A stretch of 64,000 bases of DNA from a virus. Taxonomy: Duplodnaviria; Heunggongvirae; Uroviricota; Caudoviricetes. Below the pieces are notes generated by a model. The model saw only the letters and a program-made list of their open reading frames with translations. It had not been told where the DNA came from and did not search any database. The stretch spans positions 21,367 to 85,366 of the IMG/VR virus record IMGVR_UViG_3300017992_000015. The stretch is one strand, 5' to 3'. Each line of letters opens with the position of its first letter. Position 1 is the stretch's first letter. This document shows, piece after piece, positions 45,697-53,620 of the stretch. Position numbers and translations under genes: made by a program.

Positions 45697-46587
45697 CTAG
45701 ATGATGATAGCACCGGGATACTTCCAGTCGTACCTCAAATGGCCGTCCCGGAAGTAAATGAGCTGGCGGATCTCTTCTGGATTGAGCGTATCCGTCAAGC
45801 AATTGTTCGTGCAGACGTTCTGGCCTCCGACATCGTAGACCATTGCGCCATGTGGAAGTGCCAGCAGTTTCTGCCCACCCAGCTCCTCGACTGCGCGCTG
45901 GATGGCCAGATCGCCGGCGATCTTAGCGCCGTCACTGTCCTTTTGGTTGAGCTGATGCTCGTGGACCCATTTGGCGACGCCGGGATGTGCGACGCGTTCG
46001 TCAGCGTCCGGCGCAGTGACCTCGCGGATAGTGAACTGCTCGACATCGAAGCAGGCGCAGAAGTCGATCATGTCGTGGATGTGGTCGGACGTCTCAACGC
46101 CGCCTTTCATGGCCGTGCAGTTGATCCGCACGGACATACCGGCTTTGTGGATGCGCTCGATCAGCGTCGACAGCTCGAACTCCTTGCCTTTGTAGCCCAT
46201 CATGTCGCTGTTGATCAGTTTCTCGTGATGTACCACCGAGACACAGATGAGCGTCATGCCGGAGCACGCCCACTCGTTTATCCATCTGTCGTCCTTCTCG
46301 TGTGCCAGCATAATCCCGTTGGTCTGCAGTTCGATCAACGGGAAGTGCACGGCGAGGCGGCGGACGTAGGCGGAAATCTCTTTGGGGACGAGTGTGGGCT
46401 CGCCTTTACCGGTAATCAGCGCAGTGGTCACGCCGCTGCGCTTTGCCAATTCGCAGGCGACCTCACATCGCCTCCAGTTTGGCCTCTTTACGGTTTCTGC
46501 CTGCGTGGTCATCTTGCTCACGCAGAACGGGCAGCCGGCGTTGCATGCGGACGTGCCGCAAACGACGCTAAGAGTCCCGAATTTCAT
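45697..46587 (-). CDS. Radical SAM enzyme (CxxxCxxC; viperin/MoaA/QueE-like core), function unknown
   Basis: VCGTSACNAGCPFC 4Fe-4S motif near N-terminus, GKGEP SAM-binding (GGE-like) motif, IELQTNG; 296 aa. Confidence 0.65.
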   Translation of the reverse strand: MKFGTLSVVCGTSACNAGCPFCVSKMTTQAETVKRPNWRRCEVACELAKRSGVTTALITGKGEPTLVPKEISAYVRRLAVHFPLIELQTNGIMLAHEKDDRWINEWACSGMTLICVSVVHHEKLINSDMMGYKGKEFELSTLIERIHKAGMSVRINCTAMKGGVETSDHIHDMIDFCACFDVEQFTIREVTAPDADERVAHPGVAKWVHEHQLNQKDSDGAKIAGDLAIQRAVEELGGQKLLALPHGAMVYDVGGQNVCTNNCLTDTLNPEEIRQLIYFRDGHLRYDWKYPGAIII

Positions 46588-47077
46588 AGAGCTTACGTCC
46601 TTTCATTCTCCAGAGGCGTCCGCCGTAGGTTGCGTACGGCAGGCCGATCAGTTTGCCAGCACCCTCACGGTTCACGAAGCCGTCGGCCGGCTCCGGCGGA
46701 TCGGTATAGACCCAGAAGTCTCTAAGAGTGAGATCGTCACCGAAGCGCACCGACGGTATCTTCGCTACCATCCGCGGAGTAAAACCGTCTCCGACGGCCA
46801 CGGGCTTGAAGAACCGGTCGATGTCCTCTTCGGTTGCAACGACTATCCTGGCATTGCCGAGCAGCTGGCCGTCCTTCAACACGGACAGGCTGTAGTCACC
46901 GCGGTAGAGGCCCAGAACACGCCGGGCGGCCACGACTGGGATCGCATAGATCGTCGCGGCGTAATGTTCGATGATCTGTTTGTCGCCCGTCGGTGTGGGT
47001 TTGGCTTCCGCGCGCGGGAGCATCCCGGTGGCCGCAACGGCAGCGGCCGATGTCTTCAGCATGTCTCGTCTGTTCAT
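46568..47077 (-). CDS. Tat-signal secreted protein (169 aa)
   Basis: MNRRDMLKTSAAAVAATGMLPRAEA twin-arginine signal peptide. Confidence 0.55.
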   Translation of the reverse strand: MNRRDMLKTSAAAVAATGMLPRAEAKPTPTGDKQIIEHYAATIYAIPVVAARRVLGLYRGDYSLSVLKDGQLLGNARIVVATEEDIDRFFKPVAVGDGFTPRMVAKIPSVRFGDDLTLRDFWVYTDPPEPADGFVNREGAGKLIGLPYATYGGRLWRMKGRKLYEIRDS

Positions 47078-47107
47078 TGTGAACCCTCCCGGTAGTTGTA
47101 TGCTTGA

Positions 47108-47148
47108 AAGTAAAAGTAGGGGCGGCGGAAGCGGTCAACCGCCGCCCC
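47108..47148 (-). terminator. Rho-independent terminator (GGGGCGGCGG-N10-CCGCCGCCCC + T-rich) after gene 47185..48576
   Basis: Perfect 10-bp GC stem followed on minus strand by TACTTTTACTTTC. Confidence 0.55.
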
Positions 47149-47184
47149 TGTTGCCTTTCTTGAGAAAGACACTCTGATGGTTTG

Positions 47185-48576
47185 CTACATGCTGAGCGTA
47201 ACCTGCGCGTGACGGTCCATGTTGACCGACGGCTCGGCGAAGTATTGCTGATCTTCGCGGGCGTCGACTTCAACGACCTCGTCGCAGCAACGCTTCAACG
47301 TCGCGATATGCGCCGCGAGGTTGGCGATGTTCGGCCCCGAATACGTGGCGACCTTGACGTCCGCGCTGACGTGGCTCGTCGGGGCTTTCTCCACGCGTTC
47401 GGTGATCTTCGCCGAGCCTTCCTTGAGCGCCGCGGCGATGCTGGCATCGGCTTCTTTCTTGGCGGCCTCGCACTTGGTGAAGTGGGCCTCCAGCAACTTG
47501 ATATACTCTTCTCGATTGGCGTTGAATGACTGCATAGCGTCACAAGCTCCTTCTTTGGTTTCAGAAACAGTTTTGGTTCGACCGGTACTCATGGCTTTCA
47601 TAGGGTACCGGCTTGATTTCTTGGGCTTCTTGCGTCGAGGCCCAGCACCTCCGGCGACCGGTCGTCTGTACAGCACAATATCGCGGTGGTCCAACCAGGC
47701 CAAAGCCAGCTTGCCCTCCGCATTGATGTATTTATACGCGATGCCGCAGCTATCGCGATTGCTGACAGTGACCATGTCACCCTTGCGCAGCTGCCGATGC
47801 CCATCTGGGTGCATGCAACCGTGCGGATTTTTGACAACTACCACGTCTCTTGCGCGGCAGTCTTTGAACACATCATCACACCCGTCACGGCGGACGTCCT
47901 TATATGGGATATTGTGTTCTTGACCGTAGCCATCATTTACACGTTTGTACCAAACCGATTTACCGTCCGTGCGTAACACCCTCAGGTGGTCGCCTACCTC
48001 CAGCAAAGCGCCGATGTGTTGCTTCCGCGCTGAGACGTTGTTACGTAGCACAGTCACAGTGCACCCAGGTATAATCTCTGCATCGTCGGAACGCCAGAGC
48101 AAGCGGCAATCAGTCGCATGTATCGACTGTGTGCCGCCGCCCGGCAGATCGTAATGAATCCACCGGTCCTCAGCGTGTGATACCTGGATAACATGTCCGC
48201 GCTGCAGATACCCGGCGTGATGCGGGTTGTGCGCAGAAATCGGTTTCGATACGACGTGTACCAAATCACCGGATCTGAATTCCTGTGGGGCGTCCTCACC
48301 GCTCGCACGTGCGATGACTTCGACATCGCCGATCGGAAAGGTGTGAAGGTTGCCCTCGTACGTCCGGAATTCAACTCCGGGTCCGCCGTCAGCACGCACT
48401 CCGCGGACTCTGACAACGGTGAACGTGTCGCCGACTACTAAGTTGCCGGCACGATCTTCCGCACGAGCCCACATGCTGGCTTTGATGACTCGGCACCGGT
48501 CCCCTACACGTGGGGGACCAAGTCCGTCATTTGGCACTGTTTCTTTTCTCCTATTGGGGTGAACATTAACGATCAC
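47185..48576 (-). CDS. Hypothetical protein with tandem small beta-domain repeats (463 aa) and Lys-rich linker
   Basis: Recurrent ~60-aa units containing GD..V.V / RVGDRCRV, RSGDLVHV, GDHLRVLR, RKGDMVTV; PRRKKPKKSSRYP linker. Confidence 0.5.
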   Translation of the reverse strand: MIVNVHPNRRKETVPNDGLGPPRVGDRCRVIKASMWARAEDRAGNLVVGDTFTVVRVRGVRADGGPGVEFRTYEGNLHTFPIGDVEVIARASGEDAPQEFRSGDLVHVVSKPISAHNPHHAGYLQRGHVIQVSHAEDRWIHYDLPGGGTQSIHATDCRLLWRSDDAEIIPGCTVTVLRNNVSARKQHIGALLEVGDHLRVLRTDGKSVWYKRVNDGYGQEHNIPYKDVRRDGCDDVFKDCRARDVVVVKNPHGCMHPDGHRQLRKGDMVTVSNRDSCGIAYKYINAEGKLALAWLDHRDIVLYRRPVAGGAGPRRKKPKKSSRYPMKAMSTGRTKTVSETKEGACDAMQSFNANREEYIKLLEAHFTKCEAAKKEADASIAAALKEGSAKITERVEKAPTSHVSADVKVATYSGPNIANLAAHIATLKRCCDEVVEVDAREDQQYFAEPSVNMDRHAQVTLSM

Positions 48577-48868
48577 GGGATACGCGATGAGCCACCCGAT
48601 CGATCGGGCGGATCACCAACGGAGTGGACGCTATCTTCGAACGCGCTACATGACCATCTAACTGCATACCGTCCTCGTCGGCGGTATTAACCCCTGGGGG
48701 ATAGGTCGAACCGCATTTGAGATATCCCATCTCCAATAATCGATTTTTGAGCCAGATTAACACGTGGCCGCCGGTGATCCGGATGCCGCACCGTGCTGCT
48801 GGATAAGTAAACCCGCGGGCAACCATACCCTCGGATAGATATTCGGCCTGTGCCAGGGTGACAAGCAC
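48566..48868 (-). CDS. Hypothetical protein (100 aa)
   Basis: ORF overlapping upstream gene end by 11 nt. Confidence 0.35.
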   Translation of the reverse strand: MLVTLAQAEYLSEGMVARGFTYPAARCGIRITGGHVLIWLKNRLLEMGYLKCGSTYPPGVNTADEDGMQLDGHVARSKIASTPLVIRPIDRVAHRVSRDR

Positions 48869-49107
48869 GCCCAGTCGCCGAAAACGTAGACTAGCAGCGT
48901 AAACGGAGAATTACCTGCAGAACATGCGTCGTCCCACTTCGGAATATACATCGTTTAGCTGCACAGCCATCGCCCGAAAGACGTCGCAAGCGATAGCGCC
49001 GCCAAGCCCAGCAACACCAAGAAGATGAAGCAGCCGCAACCGAGGCAGCCGCCATCGTCGATGTGTACCAAGCTACGATCACCCGATTCCTCAGACATAG
49101 GGCACTC

Positions 49108-49377
49108 CTATTCGGGCATGAGTGGAACGAACTCAATCAGTCCGTTGTTGATGAGGTGATCATACAGACGCGACGCGTCCTCACGATCCCAGCGGGTGAT
49201 GTATCGTAGACGCTGGCGCAGCGCGTTCTTAGCCGGCCCGGTGCCGTGCCATGCGCTCTTACTGCCAAGCTTTAACCATTCACCCTGAAACTGTATGCCG
49301 ACAACTTTGTTCGGCTCACAACGTCCGACCTGTGCGTCGAACGCATCCTCAAGTTCTTCAATATCGCGTGTAGACAT
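49108..49377 (-). CDS. Hypothetical protein (89 aa; start at Met16)
   Basis: Short gap to upstream gene. Confidence 0.4.
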   Translation of the reverse strand: MSTRDIEELEDAFDAQVGRCEPNKVVGIQFQGEWLKLGSKSAWHGTGPAKNALRQRLRYITRWDREDASRLYDHLINNGLIEFVPLMPE

Positions 49378-49384
49378 GTTTTCC

Positions 49385-50095
49385 TCACGTGGCTGGTACG
49401 GTTCCCAGCGCCAAGCGATCACGGCGTGACATCGATTTTTGAACGCACCACTGACAATCGCGGCAGTTACATCCTTCGACCAAACCCTGCGGGCAGGATC
49501 GTAGATACGGCTCTGGCCAGACTACACCACGGTGGTCGCACCAAACAACATCGGCGTACCACGGGATGGTCTCGTCGTCGGACGACCGGAGGTGCGCTAC
49601 GCGTACATACGGTACGTGCGGCGGCGCACCATTACGTGCATGCGTTTCGGCGTCTGTGGACCAGAACATGCTCATGTTTGGCAGCGCAGCTAGCTGTCGC
49701 AGGTGTCTGTACAGCCACGGAATCCGCCAGGAGCGAGTATACGTCCAGAACTTAATGTGCGGCGACGCCTGCACGATCTTACGCCATTTGTTGATGTAAG
49801 CCGCGCTGTAGAAGTCACCCACGGCATGGATGCGAAAGATGCCGGCACGCTTGCGTGCCAACTGCGCGATCATGCAATCGGCGAAGTCTTCGCGCAGTGT
49901 TGCCTTGTAGAAGCGTTCATATGACGCCACGGAATGCGGCTGCGCGCAGCACCCCTTTTTCCCGTAGCACAACTCATCGCAAAGATGCGACCGCCCCGGG
50001 CATGTTTTAGCTCTTGGTAGCGACACGTGGTGGCTGTTGCCGACTGTATCGTTGCGATACTGGATGATTGGCAAAGCCTCAGCAATCATTGCCAT
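49385..50095 (-). CDS. Cys-rich protein, paralogue A of 60634..61329 (TCPGxSxxCxxxCYGKKG motif family)
   Basis: Colinear similarity to 60634..61329: SLP..TCPG.S..C...CYGKKG, GDF...YI.KW, YTRSWRI, SDDE..P.Y.D.V; start at Met15 aligns with paralogue N-terminus and abuts tRNA-Gln. Confidence 0.5.
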   Translation of the reverse strand: MAMIAEALPIIQYRNDTVGNSHHVSLPRAKTCPGRSHLCDELCYGKKGCCAQPHSVASYERFYKATLREDFADCMIAQLARKRAGIFRIHAVGDFYSAAYINKWRKIVQASPHIKFWTYTRSWRIPWLYRHLRQLAALPNMSMFWSTDAETHARNGAPPHVPYVRVAHLRSSDDETIPWYADVVWCDHRGVVWPEPYLRSCPQGLVEGCNCRDCQWCVQKSMSRRDRLALGTVPAT

Positions 50096-50097
50096 AG

Positions 50098-50170
50098 AAG
50101 CCCCGGCAGGACTCGAACCTAGCAATACGGGAACCAAAATCCCGTGTGTTACCGATTACACCACAGGGCT
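50098..50170 (-). tRNA. tRNA-Gln (anticodon TTG)
   Basis: 73-nt cloverleaf: 7-bp acceptor AGCCCTG/CGGGGCT, anticodon stem CGGGA/TCCCG with loop TTTTGGT, T-loop TTCGAGT. Confidence 0.7.
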
Positions 50171-50410
50171 TTCCGTGCGATCGAGCCGCACGCCTCGTGG
50201 ATTCCGCTCGTCGGACGGCGGATCCGGCTCCGGTTCGGGTTTCCGGAGCAGCTCGTTAAGATCGACCATCGTGGTCGCCGTCGAAACGACGACGCCATTC
50301 ACGTAAAGGTCGAGAACCAAGTCAAGCAAGCCGTTGTCACGATCGAAGTGGCTCAGCGTGACCTGCAGGTTGCGTGCGCACCACTGGCGCAGAGCTTCCT
50401 CGAAATCCAT
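50156..50410 (-). CDS. Small hypothetical protein (84 aa); C-terminal 15 nt overlap tRNA-Gln
   Basis: ATG at 50410 preceded by GGAG and by conserved element copy 4. Confidence 0.35.
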   Translation of the reverse strand: MDFEEALRQWCARNLQVTLSHFDRDNGLLDLVLDLYVNGVVVSTATTMVDLNELLRKPEPEPDPPSDERNPRGVRLDRTESPVV

Positions 50411-50422
50411 CGGTCTCCAATC

Positions 50423-50438
50423 TTATTGACGTGAATAA
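50423..50438. repeat. Conserved inverted-repeat element, copy 4 (TTATTGACGTGAATAA) 12 nt upstream of ATG of 50156..50410
   Basis: Minus-strand reading ATTTTATTCACGTCAATAAGATTGGAGACCGATG; flanks match copy 2. Confidence 0.5.
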
Positions 50439-50877
50439 AATCATGCGTACCATGGACCACCCCGACCGTTGCGACACATAGCCGTGGTATGGTGGTCACT
50501 GTTGGCGGACCAGCGACGACGCAATTCAATCCCGCTGGCTACTCCCGCAACCTATGCACCGCGGCGCTCTTGACGGACCCGTCCAGCTAATCCCGACTCC
50601 TCGCGGAATTGGTTTCACCTACCTAGGGCGGCAACCGCTCCCGAAGAACGGCCGGCTCTCCCGTACCTACATAGCCCGTACGCATGTGATTTGTGCGCTT
50701 AGGTGGTATCAACCCGTTGCCACGGCTTTAACACCCACCTCTATTGCTCCCAGCGTTGGGCAAGCGTTCTTGCCGGAGTCAATAACTCGTTCATCTGCCA
50801 TCCTCTCCCAATGCGCGCCGAGAGGCCTGGTGCGATGCGCGATCGCATCTAAACAGACGGTGAACAAGCTGCGCAAG

Positions 50878-50950
50878 TGACCCGTGGGGGAATCGAACCC
50901 ACCCTTACCGGATCGAAAGTCCGGTGTCATAACCGATAGACCAACGGGCC
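50878..50950 (-). tRNA. tRNA-Glu (anticodon TTC)
   Basis: 73-nt cloverleaf: acceptor GGCCCGT/ACGGGTC, anticodon stem CCGGA/TCCGG loop CTTTCGA, T-loop TTCGATT. Confidence 0.7.
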
Positions 50951-51145
50951 ATTTAGGAGGTAAGTGATTAGGCCTAGCGCGCGCCATCCTATACCTCCAT
51001 TTTAGTCCTCAGACCTGACTTTGCCTCGCAGCGCACGTCATCTGAGCGACAACGACAGATGGATTGCACAGTCCTTGCTCATCGCCCTGCGCCGCTAAGC
51101 GCATAAACGGGCTCCCGCAGACTTCCCAACCGCCGCTTGTGCTTC

Positions 51146-52060
51146 CTATCGCTTCTGCGGCGCAGAGGCCTGAACCTCCATCGCCTTTTGCAGCGTCGTG
51201 AGCGCCTGACGATCCGCACTCGCCTCGACGGCCTTCTGCGAAATCTCTTTCGCGTCCGTCTGTGCGTCGCGTGCGGCGTTCTCGGCAGCTTCCAGTTGAT
51301 CCTGCAGGCTGCGGATCGTCGCTTCGAGCGCCTGGATCTGCTGGTGCGCCAGCGCCAGTTTGCCCTCGGCGTCCTTCTTGAGGATCGTCCGCTCATGGCC
51401 GAACGCCTGTTGAGCTTTCGTCTCGGCTGCCTCCGTCGCAGCAGCGACAGCAGCCTCCAGCTTAGCCGGGAAGGCGGCAATCTCTTCCTCCTTCTCCGAC
51501 ACCGCAGCCTCACGCGCTTCGACAGCCTCGATCTTGTCCGACATCTGCCGGTTCACGTCTTCCATCCGAAAGCGTTCTTGGCGCTGACGTTCGGTGACGC
51601 TGGCGTTGAATTCCTCAAGCGCACGCTTCTCGCGTTGCTCGCGCTGGTACTGTGCCTGTTCGGATTCGCGGGTCAGCAACTGCAATCGTGCGGCGTCCTG
51701 TTCGGCCCACTCGAGTGCCCTCGCTTCCGCAGCCTTTTCGTGAGCCGTGAGGCGCTCCTGTTCGCGCTCCTCGAGCTCGGCCAGCGTTTCCGCTTGTACT
51801 TCGATATCGTGGAGCTCTTTCAACGCATCTTTCTGCACGTCGATGGCAGTGTTGAGTTGTCCGAGCTCCTCAATCTTGGACACCATCGTGGCACCAAGAC
51901 CTGCCAGCGTACCTTGCATGCTGGCTTGTAAATCACCGATCTGATCAAGCGTCTGCTTGACGTCGGCTTCTGAGACGGCGGCCAGTGCCGCCACGGGGTC
52001 GACTTTTCGTCGAGCTTTTGCCAAGAGTCTTTCTCCTATGGCACAACAATGTGGCGCCAC
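51146..52060 (-). CDS. Long coiled-coil protein (Ala/Glu/Gln-rich, 304 aa), possible scaffold/structural role
   Basis: Heptad-like AEAR/ELEE/QLEA repeats throughout; shadow ORFs on both strands. Confidence 0.5.
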   Translation of the reverse strand: MAPHCCAIGERLLAKARRKVDPVAALAAVSEADVKQTLDQIGDLQASMQGTLAGLGATMVSKIEELGQLNTAIDVQKDALKELHDIEVQAETLAELEEREQERLTAHEKAAEARALEWAEQDAARLQLLTRESEQAQYQREQREKRALEEFNASVTERQRQERFRMEDVNRQMSDKIEAVEAREAAVSEKEEEIAAFPAKLEAAVAAATEAAETKAQQAFGHERTILKKDAEGKLALAHQQIQALEATIRSLQDQLEAAENAARDAQTDAKEISQKAVEASADRQALTTLQKAMEVQASAPQKR

Positions 52061-52268
52061 CGCGGCGCCGTTATTTCATGGTCGGTACGGGACATCTCGC
52101 TCCCGCATCAGTCTTTACGGCGATCAGCACGGGTCCATCCGGATTCCGGGTCTGCTCCCGGGCCGGCCCGCTTCAGTGCGCAGGCGGTACCCGCTACATG
52201 CGGGCCCATACCGTTGCACTATGCTGACTGCAGCTTTCGCTCGCATGATCCTTGATATACCGACCAAT

Positions 52269-52342
52269 TTGCGGAGGCGGGATTCGAACCCGCGACTTCG
52301 AGCTTATGAGGCTCGCGTGCTAGGCCTCTGCACCACTCCGCG
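52269..52342 (-). tRNA. tRNA-Met (anticodon CAT) with initiator-like C1xA72 mismatch and A73
   Basis: CGCGGAGTGGTGCAGAGGCCTAGCACGCGAGCCTCATAAGCTCGAAGTCGCGGGTTCGAATCCCGCCTCCGCAA; similar to E. coli tRNA-fMet acceptor and T-arm. Confidence 0.7.
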
Positions 52343-52423
52343 TTATTCCTATTGTACGTTACGACAGCTACCGGCATAATTAGGTTAGAAACTGCACTGT
52401 GTATTCTAACCATGGAGGGACCA

Positions 52424-52750
52424 ATGCCAGCTAAAGATCCCAAGAAATACGCCTCAAAACACTATCAAGCAAACAAGGCGCAGTATAAGGCGCGCTGCGC
52501 ACGCGCACGACAGCGCAACCGCGAGTTTGTCGAGGAGGTCAAAAAACGTAGCGTATGCCTACATTGCGGCTGCGACGACTTTCGGTGCTTATGCTTCCAC
52601 CACGAGGATCCAGCTGTAAAAACGCACGAGGTTAGTGAGATGATCAATCGCTCATTCTCTATCGCGAGGATCCAAGTAGAGATTGACAAATGCATTGTCC
52701 TGTGCGCCAACTGTCACCGAATCGTACACTACGAGCATGGTTATAGGTAG
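52424..52750 (+). CDS. HNH homing-type endonuclease (paralogue of 53273..53620)
   Basis: CLHCGC...CFHHEDP...LCANCHRIVH HNH motif; GGAGGG SD 4 nt upstream of ATG at 52424. Confidence 0.7.
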   Translation: MPAKDPKKYASKHYQANKAQYKARCARARQRNREFVEEVKKRSVCLHCGCDDFRCLCFHHEDPAVKTHEVSEMINRSFSIARIQVEIDKCIVLCANCHRIVHYEHGYR

Positions 52751-52874
52751 TCCGCCGAACCGGTCAGTCCGGTTGAGCAGTCGGTACTGCCGGTCGGGGC
52801 TACCAGTTTTCTCAAGGGGGCACAATCCCTTGAGTTCCCACGTGGGGAAACGCGTTTCTGTATCAAAAGCGCGT

Positions 52875-52940
52875 CGGTATCGAAGGGGAATCGAACCCCA
52901 ACAGGCCTGGTCGTGGCCCTTTCGGGCGCCAACCGATACC
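52875..52940 (-). other. tRNA-like 66-nt element (acceptor GGTATCG/CGATACC + canonical T-arm GGGGTTCGATTCCCC, but short GNRA-capped hairpin replaces D/anticodon arms)
   Basis: GGTATCGGTTGGCGCCCGAAAGGGCCACGACCAGGCCTGTTGGGGTTCGATTCCCCTTCGATACCG. Confidence 0.3.
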
Positions 52941-53208
52941 TCGGCGCTCGTTGTTCGACCTGCCAGGTGCACCTGACTATTGCCCGGCCGCGGCTAGACA
53001 CCTTCGCCACACGCTGCACTAACGCCAACCGTTTGTCCTTCGCATCGCGATTTATGGACTCGCGGGACGCTCCCCCATGAGGTGTCATATGGGGTGGCGA
53101 GTGCTTGTGCTGGTTCGGCTTGCTCAACCTATGGGCGTCCACAGGTTGGCCGGCGTACGATACCGTTACAGACCACCTCTGCCTTCTTGTTTACATGGTC
53201 ACCAGCAG

Positions 53209-53282
53209 TAGCGGGGACAGGATTCGAACCTGCGATTTCAGGGATATGAGCCCTGCGTGTTAGGCCACTACACTACCCCGCA
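53209..53282 (-). tRNA. tRNA-Met (anticodon CAT), second copy; GGG/CCC anticodon-stem triplet and 1x72 U-U mismatch (initiator-like) or possible tRNA-Ile2
   Basis: TGCGGGGTAGTGTAGTGGCCTAACACGCAGGGCTCATATCCCTGAAATCGCAGGTTCGAATCCTGTCCCCGCTA; 5' end overlaps stop of HNH gene by ~10 nt. Confidence 0.65.
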
Positions 53283-53620
53283 TCATTTTCTTCCCAGTGC
53301 AACAGCATATGGCAATTTGCACACAACACGTCGCACTTCTCGATCTCCTTCTCAATACGGCGCAAGCCCCATCCGCGACTGATCATGTTCGCGACTTCCA
53401 AATCTTTTGCCGTAGGGTCGCGATGATGAAATACCAAGTACGCAGGGTGGTCGGCCCCGCACTCAATACACGGATGCGTCTGCTTGTACTCAAAGACCCA
53501 CTGTTTGACCCGGGCCTTATGCTCTTTAGTCTTCTGCCTGTAGTAGGCCTTGTTCTTCTGGTAGTATTTGTTCTGCGCTTTCCGCTGGCTAGCGCGACGT
53601 TTCTCTGAATTACGCGACAT
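53273..53620 (-). CDS. HNH homing-type endonuclease (paralogue of 52424..52750)
   Basis: CIECGADHPAYLVFHHRDP...LCANCHMLLH; basic N-terminus KYYQKNKAYYRQKTKEH parallels the paralogue. Confidence 0.7.
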   Translation of the reverse strand: MSRNSEKRRASQRKAQNKYYQKNKAYYRQKTKEHKARVKQWVFEYKQTHPCIECGADHPAYLVFHHRDPTAKDLEVANMISRGWGLRRIEKEIEKCDVLCANCHMLLHWEENDAG

